64,000 nt of DNA from Schmidtea nova (lineage: Eukaryota). Shown one piece after another: positions 25,300-38,331 of the stretch. Location: contig CM097883.1 of assembly GCA_044892505.1 (NCBI GenBank), positions 226,114,001 through 226,178,000 on the forward strand, read 5' to 3'. Position numbers and translations under genes: made by a program. A model generated the notes under the pieces. The model had not been told where the DNA came from, ran no database searches, and saw nothing but the letters and a program-made list of their open reading frames with translations. The first letter of the stretch is position 1; each line of letters opens with the position of its first letter.

Positions 25300-28200
25300 A
25301 ATTTCGAATACGGAGGAAATGTTAGATATACTGCATGGTTCAATGTTTTTGTCATAATATTGAACATTTAGTGAACTCATCCGAATACATGACTGGGTCG
25401 AAACAGGAAAAAACTCAATCACGGACAATTTTATCGCAACCTGCGGATACGAAGGTTTGCAGAAGATTAAGACTACGATAACTCCCTGCAATATCGAAGA
25501 CCTGTCTTTTAAGTTGAAATCAGCCATCAAGAGCTATCTAAGACCCAAATCAATATTAATCTTTGCTGAACAAGCACAATTTCATTCTATACGACAATTA
25601 CCGGAAGAAAAGGTTGGAGATTTTCTAATTCGATTGAGAAAAGCAGCAGAATTCTGTCAATTCGAAAAACTGAAAGAATCGTTAGATCCGACTGAAGTCA
25701 TGGTTTGAATGGCATTTATATCTGGTCTATTTTAGCCAACATCCAAGGAACGAGTACTGGGACAATTCTCAATAAGTAATGACCTTAGCATCGAACAAAA
25801 TTTGGAACAAGTCGAAGGGTTTGTGTCATGTAATCGACACTATGAGCACATAAGAATAAAAAAGTAAATTATATTAAATAATCGAAGGTGAAATGTTAGT
25901 ATTGTGGAACAATAGATCAAATAAAAGTGTCTAGCATATGGTAAGAAGTGCACTAAATGCAACAAGATGGATCACTGAAATTGTATGCCAATCGGCAATA
26001 TCATCGAAAAGAAGCAGCATCTACAATAATGAGGAATTCGATGTAGGCAGTATTACTTCACCAGTTAATCTCGGCACAAAAAGTAATCTTGTCACCGTGA
26101 TCGGATTATTGCCCACACAAAAATTGCCCACAGAAAATTTATCACAGAAAATTGCCCACAGACAGTATTGCACACATGATTAATGCCCACAAGGAAAAAT
26201 GCCCACACGAAACTTTTATATTAGTGATAAAAATTTTGCCGGAATCGGTTATTTATAATAAGAAAATTAAAAATCGAATTTCATATTTTAAAAATTACAG
26301 ATAAAAAAATTGTTTTATTCCTTAAATACAATTTTTAATTCATTATTTCTACTCAATCCTTTTTTTTAAGGAAACCCAATTTAGGTACCGAGATTTCACT
26401 TTATGTAAAAAAATTTGCTTGAGTATAATTCATTTCAAAAGTGAATATCGTACTTACAAGTGGTTTACGTTTAAATTTCGTAGTAATATTTAAATTTATA
26501 AAAGTGATATTAATACATAAATTGAAAATTTGTGAATATAAAAAAAAATTATAAGGTATGTTAAATTATAAGGTTTATTTAAATTCTCTTTTGTTAATAC
26601 TTTTGATACCATAATTTTCTAATGATATTTTTTTTAATATTTTAATAGGCCTGAGAATGGAATATTCTAGTACACAGAGAGGCAATCGAGTTTTAATTTA
26701 CTCTGTGTTTGAGTATATATATTTCCGTACAACAAATGAAGTATTGACTTGGAGATGCAGGCAACAATGAATTACAAAATGTCATTCTATAATAAAAACT
26801 AAAGATTGAAAGATTGTAAAACAGCCAACACAACATTGCCATGAATCCTGTCCACAAAAAATTGAATGTAATATAGCAAAGAAAAAATGCAGGATGTGAT
26901 GACATCAATTGGTGCTACTCCTAGAAATGTAATGGGATAAATTTGATAAAGTTTCAAGCATGTTTTATCAACTATATACTTGGCATGCTCAGGTTGGTAA
27001 CTTTTATCCACCTTGTATTTATTTTCTGTTAAAAATAACGGAGATACATACAAAAATATGTTTGAAATATTAAAGAACTTACTACCAAATTGGCACCTGA
27101 AAATATATTGGTAGATTTTGAGAAAGCAGCGATGAATGCAGCCAGAATCGCATTTCCACAAACTGACATAAAAGGCTGTTATTTCCATTTGGCCCAAAGT
27201 ATAAAAAGAAAAATTAGTTCTGTTGGTCTTAAAACTACATTCGAAAACAACCTGGATATAAAATTAAAGCTGAAATCATTAGTAGCATTGTCATTTGTGC
27301 CAGTATCTGATGTTAGATCAGTATTTAATCAGCTTGCAGCAACGTATCCAGAAGAAAAAGCTTATAGTGAAATACTGACATATTTTTTGGCACATATATT
27401 GAGGGTGCAGCTGGTAGAAATCCATTGTACTCCATTGGAATGTGGAATAATTATGATTCAGCTTTGGAGAAATCACCGAAAACGACGAATTGATGTGAGG
27501 GATTTCATAATGCTTTGAATTATTTATTACACTGCAGTCATCCCAGCATATGGTTTTAACTTGATGGATTGCAGCGAGATATAGCTTGTCAGAGATTAAC
27601 ACTAGCCAATTCAGAAACGGGTCGTCCTGAAATTAAAAATAGGAAGTACCAAAAATTAGCTGATTCGGTATCCACTATTGTGCAACAATATAGTGCAATG
27701 GAAGATAAGATTCTATACTTGCGAAAGTTGGCTAATTTGCAATAAACTTAAAATTTATATTTGTAGTACTATTTTTTACATCTAAAGTTTATAAATTTAA
27801 ATGATTAACAATATTTAATTTACACACAAGGTTTATAAATTTAAATAATGTAATAATGTATTTAAATAAATTTTGTATTAAGACTAAAATAAATTTAAAT
27901 GATTAATAATATTTAATTTCGTGTGGGCATTATTCTGTGTAGGCATTAATCATGTGTGCAATACTGTCTTTGGGCAATTTTCGTGTGGGCATTTATCATC
28001 GAATCTCTTGTCACATATGATGGTCATGTGATGAATTGTTGTGGAAAATTTTTCACAACGCTAATCGAACTATTAAACTCAATACACCAGAGTACAGAAG
28101 TAAGCAATATATTTTTCAACCAATGCAGGGTGTCAAAGCATCAATGGAACTCATCGATGGAGCCGCTAATAGATTTTGCAGATCTCGCCTGGTCCCGATC

Positions 28201-29135
28201 TCAATGGAAGAGAAGAGAAGGAACTCGATCGCCTACAAGAAATGGGAATAATCACTCCATGCAAGGACCCAGTATCAAACTGCTCACCTATAGTGTGGAC
28301 AAAGAAAAGAAATGGTGATTTGAGAATGTGCGTGGACTTTAAAGTGCACATCAATGAAAAGATAAGATCTGAAGCATATCCGATTCCCAAACATTGAAAT
28401 TATATTTGCCAAATTAAAAAGTTCGCGAAAATAAACATTGGCAAATTGAGTTGGACGATGCAGCGAACACCCTCTCTACAATCAACACATCAAAGAGTAT
28501 GTACTACGTCAATCGTCTTCAAATGGGAATGAAGAACTCGTCAGCGATTTTCCAAAGAATAATGGAAGATGTACTCGCAGCCATCAAAGACATACTGATA
28601 TATCAAGATGACATTCTTATATTCGAAAGAGAATATATATTTCGTTGGGTTAATCAATTATTTTGGACGATTAATACCCAATTTCTCACAAAAATATCAG
28701 ATATCAGCAGCTTTAAAAAATCTGACGCACCATTCATATGGTCTTCAAAGTGTCAGCAAGCTTTTGATAGCTTAAAGAAATAGTTGTCAGCATCTCCAAT
28801 CGTCAAGCCATGTGATTTGCACAAAGAAGTCACACTAACCACAGATGCTTCTGGAGAGGCAATAGGAGCGACAAAACGGCTTTCCAGTAATTTTTTATAC
28901 CGGACTGTAAACTTAGTCAACAGAAACTACTCCAATATCGTGACAGAGAAGCATTAGTGGTATTTAGGGCAATCGTACGATTAAAACATTTTCTTTTAGG
29001 CAGAAAATTCACAATTCACACTGATCATCGTCCTCTACAGTATCTATAAGGAGCCAAAAAATCCATCCCGGACCAAACATCAACCAGAATCATGAAGTGG
29101 ACCACATACCTGATGCAATTTGATTAGAACATTCA
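25300..29135 (+). mobile_element. Degraded Gypsy (Mag-like) gag-pol split by a MULE insertion
   Basis: gag RQLPEEKVGDFLIRLRKAAEFCQF; the protease frame rejoins across the MULE (KSNLVT|YDGHVMNCCG); RT GDLRMCVDFK, NRLQMGMKNSSAIFQ, YQDD; RNase H DASG, TDHRPL. Confidence 0.8.
26096..28005 (+). mobile_element. Mutator-like (MULE) DNA transposon, defective
   Basis: 9-bp TSD TCTTGTCAC (26087-26095, 28006-28014); ~100-bp TIRs built from GCCCAC repeats; transposase fragment VDFEKAAMNA...GCYFHLAQS (27090-27518). Confidence 0.85.
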
Positions 29136-29139
29136 TGTG

Positions 29140-31242
29140 TCTGACTCGTCAATATCCCATGCTGACGCAATGTTCGTCTTCGTCCCTCATCACTACGTAA
29201 TTTCAAACGAAAACTGGCAAGTACGCAAGCGAGGCGGTGAAAAAGTTGTCGCAAGAATGTATACAGTTGGAGTAAATGATGAAGAGCGTTTCTATTTGAG
29301 AATTTTATTGCTACACATACGTGGTGCTACTAGTTTTGAATCGTTGAGAACAGTAAATAGCGTCGTTCACCAATCATTCAAAAGTGCAGCTGCAGCTAGA
29401 GGCTTGCTTGAATCTGGTGATGAATGGAATAACTGTTTAATAGATGGCGCCATATATTTAATGCCTAAACAATTGGGAGAAATGTTTGCATATATTTGTT
29501 GTTTTTGTCAGCCTTCTCGACCTCTCACGTAATGGCAAAATCACGTTGCTGATTTGACACTCGACTACTTGAGAAATGATCCAGAAGATGTCGCGATCAA
29601 CAAAGCTCTTCATGACATTAACTCAATTCTTAAGCAGCATGGATTGTCGTGCGGAAGTATTGGCTTGCCAATACCAACAGGACACACTCATGTCAACGAT
29701 GATCAAACATTTGACATTTTGGAAGAGGAACAATGTGCTGAAGAACGAATGGCAAAACTTAATGAGAAGCAATTCGATGCATTTAATCAAATCTTAAGAA
29801 CAATTCACTTTCAAAATTTAAGAACTCGATGTTTTTATGTTGATTGTCCAGGTGGATCTGACAACTTATCTTTACGAGACACTTTTAGCATGCCTTCGAG
29901 GTCGAGGAGAAATCGCATTAGCATTTGCCACAAATGGAATTGCATTAACATTACTCGAGGGTGGAAGGACAGTTCACAGTGGCTTCAAATTGCCTGTGCC
30001 ATTGTTTGGTACGTCTGTCTCATCTATGCGACTGAATTCACCTGAAGCTGAAAATTTAAGAAACGCCTCTTTTTTTTAATTGATGAGATGAAAGAAATAT
30101 GTGAGACTGAAAGAAATAATGAAAAGCGAAGCGAGTTTTGGTGGCAAAAAAATTGTTGTGGGTGGAGATTTTCGACAGACGCTTCCAGTCGTTCCCAGAG
30201 GCACACGTACAGACATTATTGAATGCTGTATTAAATCGAGTCCATTATCCAGTGATTTATAACAAATAACTATTTCAACAAATATGCGAAGTGAGGATCA
30301 AAATGAGCATAACGATTGGCTTCTAAAAATAGGCTCTGCACAATTGCCCCGAGTAGCAGGAATATACGAAGAAGATGTTGTTGAAATTCCTACAGAAATG
30401 ATATCAACTGGTGATTTGATCGAGACAATTTTCGGCGATTTACAGCATGTCAGTTCAAGAACTTTCCAAACGAGTCATTGTCGCACCAACAAATGCACAA
30501 ACGTTGAATATAAATAGAAAAATAATTGCTTTGATCGATGGTGACTCTCAGTGCTGACTCAGTTGTCAGTGAAGATCCAAATGATGCACTCAATTTTTCT
30601 GTTGAATTTTTAAATGAGCAAACTCCATCAGGCATGCCTCCTCATGTATTATTACTAAAGAAAGGTGTCGTTATCATGCTGCTGAGAAATTTGAACCCCA
30701 AAAAAGGACTGTGCAACTGAACTCGATTGAGCAAGAATAGAGCAAGAATCATTTCAACATGCAATCACAATGATATTTTTTTAATTCCTAGAATTGATCT
30801 CGCTCCAGCTGACTCAACATTGTCCTTCATATTAAAACGCCACCAATTCCCGATAATTCCCGCTTACGCCATAACAATAAACAAGGCGCAGGGCCAGTCG
30901 TTCGATCATGTTGGCATTCATTTGGAGACGACAGTATTTTCGCACGGCCAATTGTATGTGGCTTTATCTAGATCAAGAGTTGAAAGTCAAGTGAAGGTGC
31001 TTATTGAATCGAATCCACAGCAAGGAAATTTATTGAATGACCAAAGACAATTCACACGGAATGTAGTTTTTCAAGACGTTCTTCAATAAAAACAATTTTT
31101 TTTGTCATTCCATATATATATATAACAGAAATAATTTTCAATTGCTTAAGAATAAAAGAAATTGAATTTTTAATAAAAATTTCGTACATCAAATGGTTCA
31201 TTTATTTTTTGATTTGTCAACGGGGGCCTTACAATTACCTAG
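29140..31242 (+). mobile_element. 5'-truncated Helitron (Rep C-terminus + Pif1 helicase)
   Basis: ERFYLRILLLH..GATSF, decayed Walker A VDCPGGS, GGDFRQTLPV, MLLRNLN...LCN, QFP...AITINKAQGQS...SHGQLYVALSR; 3' end CTAG|T at 31239-31243. Confidence 0.88.
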
Positions 31243-31270
31243 TATATAAATATATATATATAAATATATA

Positions 31271-31304
<34 letters not shown>

Positions 31305-32263
31305 AAGGCAGTTGCAGAACAAAATGAAAAAACTGTTGTTAAACCTTCAAATGAAAGTGGTTTCTTAGATTTGGTCCCCGAAAAATATTGTTTTGTGACA
31401 TATGTAATGCATTTGAATCGAAAATATTGAAAGAATTGATCTTCATCGTAAATGCAATAAACTTTTCTTTCAATTTTTTACTCATTATCTTTTAGCAAAA
31501 AAATAAAAAATGATCTAACTTACCGCAAATAAGCCATTTATCTTCCAGCGGGCATTAAAAATATAAATGCTCACTTTCTCCACAACAAAAACACTGACTT
31601 TGTTTTTATTTATTTATTTTTAGACTATGGTAATACGCAGCATCGGTTATATAACTTTCTGGAAATAAGTTTTAACGAAATGGAAGTTTTTAATTTGATA
31701 TGAAGAATTAAAATACTTATTATTTTGTGAACACTTCCCTCAGTAAAAAGTAAGTTTGTTTTTTCTACGACTTGAACTTCATCTACGATTTGTTTGATTC
31801 TTGATAAATCTCACAACTCAGGTTATTGCAGCTATTCTCATTTTTTCTTGGCTTATTTGTCTTCGATACCACGTTTTCTTTTAATCGATCCTTGTACACG
31901 CGATTCAATGAGATAAATCCAAAATCTTTTGCTTTTGATACTCCCTAATCAAGAATGTCATCTAGCAGCTTAATTACTCTTAATTCAAAAGTTGCAAAAC
32001 GCTCATTTTGTTCTTGTTTCGTATGAGCTAATTCATAGATTTTATTGACAATTGATTTTTGTGACGTTAATGTGTCAATAAACAAGTTTTTTTCCATCTT
32101 CGACCAAATTGTCCATTTTTAAAGTCCTTCAATACCATGCTGATTTTTTTCAGTTAATTATAAATAGAATATTCCAAGTAAGCTTAGATCATGTACACCA
32201 AGTCAATTTTAATGTCCTACAGTCATTTTCAACTTCCAAAACACTTTTTCCATTAAATTTTCG

Positions 32264-32414
32264 GATATTGAAATTTAAAATATCCAAGTTTGCTTGGGTA
32301 TCGAATCCAAAATTAAATTTCTTTGTCACTTTCTTGATATTGAAATTTAAAATATCCAAGTTTGCTTGGGTATCGAATCCAAAATTAAATTTCTTTGTCA
32401 CTTTCTTGATATTG
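32264..32414. repeat. Perfect 72-bp tandem duplication
   Basis: Unit GATATTG...ACTTTCTT at 32264 and 32336, plus a 7-bp start of a third copy at 32408. Confidence 0.9.
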
Positions 32415-32918
32415 CTCTGACAGATTCGTTTTTATCATGGTCGCTAGCAAGAAGATTTTCAATCATATTGAAATTATATTCAATTAAACAACAATATTTA
32501 AACAACTTATCAATAATTAAATAATTTTAATTTTAATATTCATCACTGTAGTAAAAACAATTTTCATAATTCTAAGAATTCATAATTTTTACATTTTTAT
32601 ATACAAATATTATTAAAAATGAAAAAATAAAAGCATTAAAAAAATTTTAAAACTAAATTGTAAAAATAAATTGCAAAAAAAAACAAAAATAGTGACGAAT
32701 ATTATTAACCGCAATGTAGTTTGTTTCTTCGGGTTGTGTGCGCTGCGCGCGTATATCACTGATCTTGATAGTATCACTTGGTATTTAATCAACTAAATGA
32801 ATCTTCCCAAAGTCAATAACTGGTTAAATAGCATTTTTACATCCAAATCAGTAAATTTATGAAATGTCATCAAAATTTTTAGAATCATTTTAAAGACAAA
32901 ACTTACAAAAATAATTCG

Positions 32919-35900
32919 TGTTATATATTTAATAATCTAGTTTGCCCAACAAGAAACTCTGTTTGCAACAAATGCCAGAAGAAAGGTCACTGGAGTCCGG
33001 TATGTTTAGCTAAAAAGATAGCGTCTATCTCTACTGAAGAAACAAACATGGACGTTGACGGACAGATTCAGAGTTGCTCTATTTCTAGATTAGCAACAAT
33101 CAATGCCCAAAATTCTTTAGTTGAGGCTTTTCTCGATGGAAACTCAGTTCGAGCATTAATTGATAAGGGATCAGATTTGTCCTTTGTGTCAGAAGAATTC
33201 CTTAATAGTAAGAATCTAACCTTTAATCACAAAGAAGTAAAACAGGTTCTCCTTGCGAAAAAATCGATATCCTCAACTTTAGGTACCTACTATGGAAAGT
33301 TAATGTTGGCAAACAAGGTCTACGAGGCACATTTCCAAGTCTCCAAATCACTGGTCACTAAAGTGATAATTGGAATGGACATCCTAAAAAGACACTCGAG
33401 ACTTAATCTAGAACTTGGTGGCGATAGACATCCGATCACACTATCTCTAGCTCTCAAGACAATGACATGTGACACGTATCCGCTCTTGCCAGGAGTTGAC
33501 ATAAGTAAAATCAAACCAATCGCTATTCCATCACGACGGTCCTCACAAAATTCAGAGTTTATCAGCCAAGAAATATCGAGACTCCTCTCCGACAGAATCA
33601 TTCAAGAAAGCCAAAGTCCTTGGCGAGCACAGTGCTTCGCCATCAACCAGAACAGCAAACAACGGCTCGTAATATATTACTCAAATACAATCAATCGATA
33701 CACTAATCTTGACTCATACCCAAAGCCTAGAATTGACGATCTGCTCTTTAAAATAGGAAAGAACACAATTTTCAGTAAGGTAGACCTCAAGTCAGCATAT
33801 CATCAGGTCCAAATTCAACCATCAGACTATCAACTAACTGCTTTCGAAGCACAGGGTAAATTTTATGAATTTACCAAACTACCTTTCGGTTGCACCAACG
33901 CAGTCCCAATTTTTCAGAGAATCATCGACAAATTCATCCAAGAGCACAATCTTCAGTCAACGTTTGCTTATCTCGACGACATAATAATTGGTGGTAAAAA
34001 TAAAGAAGAGCACGATCAAAACCTTAAAGAATTTCTAAAGGCCTCTAAATTAAAAAATCTACAAATAAACGAAAGCAAAAGTAAATTTTCTACAACGTCT
34101 ATATCATTTCTAGGACACGTAATTGAAAACCAATCAATAAGGCTAGATCCGGACCGTTTCAAGGCTCTCATGGACCTTCCAATTCCAGCGTCTACAAAAG
34201 AAATGGATCGTTTAATAGGTTTTTTTGCATATTACGCAAAATGGATCCCACGATGCTCAGAATACACGAGAATACTAACTGATTCTCGTAAAGAACTCAC
34301 GTCAAGCAACACACTGCCAAATGAATACATCGAAACAATACATTTACTGAAGACCAAATTACAAACTGCTTCACTACATTCCCCAACTCAAGATCAACCT
34401 TTAGATATTGAAACCGATGCATCCGACCATGCATTGGGCGGAGTATTGAGTCAGAACAGCCGACCGATTGCATTCTTTTCTCGTTTACTCTCAAAGTCAG
34501 AAAGGAATCACTCCATCATTGAAAAAGAGGCCGCGGCAATCGTTGAATGTACCCAAAAATGGCGTAGCCTCTTACATTCAGTACCTTTCTTTAATATTCT
34601 TACAGATCAGAAGTCAGTTTCGTTAATATTCAATCGGCAAAAATTATCCAAAACTAAGAATGAAAAGATCGCACGATGGAGAATTGAATTATCAGATCTG
34701 AGATTCAACATAAAATGCAAACCAGGTCCCGACAACATACTAGCTGACGCATTATCTACATGTAGTTCAATAATTAGTTCTAACTCTTTAAAATTACTTC
34801 ATGGAAGTTTATGTCATCCCGGTATCACTCGTATGTATCATTACTGCCGAGCGAAGAATCTACCATACTCCATCCAAGACATGAAAAACGTTATTGGAAA
34901 CTGTGAAACATGCAAACAGATAAAACCAAGATACTTCAAACCTCCAAGTAGAAGCCTAATCTTATCAATGAAACCCTGAGATAGAATTTCAATCGATTTT
35001 GTGGGACCTCTACAAAGCACAACATCTAATCGTTTCTTGCTCGTCGTTGTCGACAAATATTCCAGGTGCCCTTTTGCCTTTCCTTGTGCTAACGTCGATT
35101 CTGACACCGTAATAAAACACATGTTCAGTTTATTTACCTTGTTTGGTTCACCTTCGTCCGTACATAGCGACAGAGGAGCACAATTCGAAAGCAGACAATT
35201 CAATGACTTTTTAATTAAACACGGAGTGGCGAAAACACGTACAACGCCTTATCATCCTTATCATTGGTCAATGCGAAAGAATTAACGGAATTCTATTGAA
35301 AACGATAAACTGAGCCCTAAAGGAAAGCAATATGAGCAAGGAGCATTGGGAAAAAGTATTGGACGTATCCCTTTCATCAATGAGATCACTGTTGTGCGTC
35401 TCTACTAATTCGACACCTCACGATCGAATGTTTAAATCTGATCGAGCGTCCGTAATTGGATGTGATTTACCAGAATTTCTACGAAATACTGATCAAAACA
35501 TCCTACTAAAACGCCACATTCGCTATAAAAATGATCCACTTGTCGATGAGGTCAAACTGATCGAGACAATATCGCCGTACTATGCAAGAGTACAACACAG
35601 AGATGGAAGGACAGACACAGTATCGACGAGTCACCTTGCACCATGTTCAAATAGCTCAGCTGATAGGACCGGTACAGAGCTTGAAAGTGGGAAAGACAAC
35701 CAAGTATTCCGAGACTACATTTGAAGACAGTTTGTCGTCAACAGAACCAGCAGGAAGCGAATCGACTACCCGATCTGGAAGACAAGTAAAAGTACCGTCA
35801 CGATACTTAACCTAGAGGGGAAGAATGTTATATATTTAATAATGATTTGTTTTAATATTCTATATTAAAACATTCATCATTATTCAAATTGAATAAAAAC

Positions 35901-35935
35901 TTTTAGTATCACACTAGTTGTTTTTTATCAGTTCA
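32919..35935 (+). mobile_element. Gypsy LTR retrotransposon with 5' LTR/gag deletion
   Basis: 5-bp TSD ATTCG (32914-32918, 35936-35940); 110-bp 3' LTR TG...CA (35826-35935) after PPT AGAGGGGAAGAA; the 5' LTR is reduced to its first 18 nt and joined to the gag zinc knuckle (CNKCQKKGHWSPVC). Confidence 0.88.
33048..35724 (+). pseudogene. pol: Gypsy pol (protease, RT, RNase H, integrase), disrupted
   Basis: LIDKGS (DTG decayed), YLDD, TDASD, HGSLCHPG...CETC, then an in-frame stop at 34977-34979, integrase core DFVGP/HSDRG, and a frameshift near 35270. Confidence 0.88.
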
Positions 35936-36143
35936 ATTCGTTTAATAGTATCAATACCTTTATAAATTTCAGCTCATAATGAAAGGACGGCTGTTACAGA
36001 TTATTATTTATTTTATAATAGAATTTTGAATCTGCAATAAATTTGGAATTGAATAAAGTGGAGATCAATGGATACGTAATCATTAATTATATTTGATCAC
36101 CAATTCAATATAGAATCAGTGACTAAATTCTACAAAAACTTAC

Positions 36144-36462
36144 ATTGTTGTTTGAAGAATATTTTGAATTTCTAATCTGAGTTTCTCTACAGTTCTTTCG
36201 TCTTTCAAATTCACTAGAAACTTTGGTGTATCTATTTCTTGCTTAGGTTTTATTTCTAGTTTACATTCCGGCCCAGGACTTTTGTCTTCAATTCGCCTTT
36301 TCTTTAATGACCCCGTTGCAATTGAATCCTCCAATAATATTGACGATCGTTTTTTACCGATAACTGGAGAATGTATGTGTTCAGGTTTTGGATATTCTTC
36401 TGGTGTTTTTTCTTTTTTCTCCGTTAAATCTTTTACTGGACATTCACCCTCACTTTCTTCTT
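36144..36462 (-). CDS. Divergent RNGTT-like gene, exon 8 (linker and start of guanylyltransferase)
   Basis: cattatag|AA acceptor; ...TVEKLRLEIQNILQTT AT|gtaagt phase-2 donor joins exon 9 G to give ATG and EIQNILQTTMYGFVG, matching KVRDLMSVSKYEFVG of the normal copy. Confidence 0.8.
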
Positions 36463-36560
36463 CTATAATGAAATTTATTATAAAACTGTAGTTCAATAAA
36501 TTATTATTTAGCAGATTATGAAAAATTAGTATTTTCTCAAAAATAAATATATTTTTGCTA

Positions 36561-37215
36561 NNNNNNNNNNNNNNNNNNNNNNNNNNNNNNNNNNNNNNNN
36601 NNNNNNNNNNNNNNNNNNNNNNNNNNNNNNNNNNNNNNNNNNNNNNNNNNNNNNNNNNNNNNNNNNNNNNNNNNNNNNNNNNNNNNNNNNNNNNNNNNNN
36701 NNNNNNNNNNNNNNNNNNNNNNNNNNNNNNNNNNNNNNNNNNNNNNNNNNNNNNNNNNNNNNNNNNNNNNNNNNNNNNNNNNNNNNNNNNNNNNNNNNNN
36801 NNNNNNNNNNNNNNNNNNNNNNNNNNNNNNNNNNNNNNNNNNNNNNNNNNNNNNNNNNNNNNNNNNNNNNNNNNNNNNNNNNNNNNNNNNNNNNNNNNNN
36901 NNNNNNNNNNNNNNNNNNNNNNNNNNNNNNNNNNNNNNNNNNNNNNNNNNNNNNNNNNNNNNNNNNNNNNNNNNNNNNNNNNNNNNNNNNNNNNNNNNNN
37001 NNNNNNNNNNNNNNNNNNNNNNNNNNNNNNNNNNNNNNNNNNNNNNNNNNNNNNNNNNNNNNNNNNNNNNNNNNNNNNNNNNNNNNNNNNNNNNNNNNNN
37101 NNNNNNNNNNNNNNNNNNNNNNNNNNNNNNNNNNNNNNNNNNNNNNNNNNNNNNNNNNNNNNNNNNNNNNNNNNNNNNNNNNNNNNNNNNNNNNNNNNNN
37201 NNNNNNNNNNNNNNN
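36561..37215. other. Assembly gap (N run) hiding the end of exon 7
   Basis: Run of n. Confidence 1.
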
Positions 37216-38009
37216 AAACATAATATTCATGGGATCATAACTATAATCCAACACTGGTACTTCTTCCTCTTCTATAGTAGCTTCTCGTTTATCTCTTGTT
37301 TTATCTTCACTTTGATCTCTGGATCTATCTTCCTTTCTTTCGTATGATCTATCTTCTCCTTTTTCTCTTGATGCATCTTCTCTTTTATCGTATGATCTAT
37401 CTTCTCGTTTATCTCTAGATCTATCATCTCTTCTATCACACGATCTATCTTCTCGTATATCTTTTGATCTATCTTCTCTTCTATCACGTGATCTATCTTC
37501 TCGTTTATCTCTTGATCTTTCTTCCCTTCTATCGTCTCGTCTATCTCTTGACCTATCTTCCTTTCTATCTACTCGTCTATCTTCTCGTCTATCTTCTCGT
37601 CTATCTTCTCGTCTATCTTCTCGTCTATCTTCTCGTCTATCTTCTCGTCTATCTTCTCGCCTGTCTTCTCGTCTATCTCTTGATCTTTCTTCTCTTCTAT
37701 CATCTCGTCTATCTCTTGGTCTATCTTCCTTTCTATCTTCTCGTTTATCTTCTCGTATATCTTCTCGCCTATCTCTAGATCTATCTTCTCTTCTATCATC
37801 TTGTCTATCTCTTGGTCTATCTTCCTTTCTATCTTCTCGTTTATCTTCTCGTCTATCTTCTCGTCTATCTCTAGATCTATCTTCTCTTCTACCCTCTGGT
37901 CTATCTTTTGGTTTATCTTCCTTTCTATCTTCTCGTATATCTCTTGATCTATCGAATTGTCTATCTTTACTGATGCATTCTTTTTGTTTTGTTGGTTTTA
38001 TTGATTGGG
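37216..38009 (-). CDS. Divergent RNGTT-like gene, exon 7: RE/RD/RS mixed-charge repeat linker
   Basis: taatttag|CC acceptor in phase with exon 6; 794 nt with no stop in the REDR frame (checked codon by codon); built from a 12-bp CGAGAAGATAGA unit; runs into the gap. Confidence 0.8.
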
Positions 38010-38059
38010 CTAAATTAAAGAATAAACATAAAAAATCATTCCATTCAGTAAATATCCAC

Positions 38060-38211
38060 TTTCAGCAGGAAGTTTAATTTCCCATTCTGGAGGAGATGGA
38101 TAATGGATGGGCAAATTCGGTTGATGTATTTTCAACAAATATTTTAAAAATTTTGGATTATAAATTCCGGGAGGACGAGATTTAGCAAACATTTCCAATG
38201 CTTCATGCAGT
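38060..38211 (-). CDS. Divergent RNGTT-like gene, exon 6 (end of triphosphatase domain)
   Basis: LHEALEMFAKSRPPGIYNPKFLKYLL...PSPPEW matches RNGTT FAQARPPGIYKGDYLKEL...PPPLLPDW; flanked by 44-bp and 50-bp GT-AG introns. Confidence 0.9.
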
Positions 38212-38255
38212 CTGATTGAATCAGTTACATAAATTTCATATAGATTAGAACTTAC

Positions 38256-38331
38256 TGCATCCCACGTTGCGTTACAAGGTAATTGACTATCATGAATCCG
38301 GTCAGGTTGTAACCATGAGTGCAATGAACCG
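38256..38331 (-). CDS. Divergent RNGTT-like gene, exon 5 (triphosphatase P-loop, Arg->Leu)
   Basis: tttcag|CG GTT CAT TGC ACT CAT GGT TAC AAC CTG ACC GGA = (A)VHCTHGYNLTGFMIVNYLV; CA|gtaagt donor. Confidence 0.92.

Noticed and set aside
37272-37799. ORF-track proteins made of DEKI repeats (minus) and Leu/Tyr repeats (plus, 37464-37778)
   Set aside because: They are alternative frames of the same 12-bp repeat. The DEKI frame hits stops, and only the REDR frame is in phase with the upstream exon.
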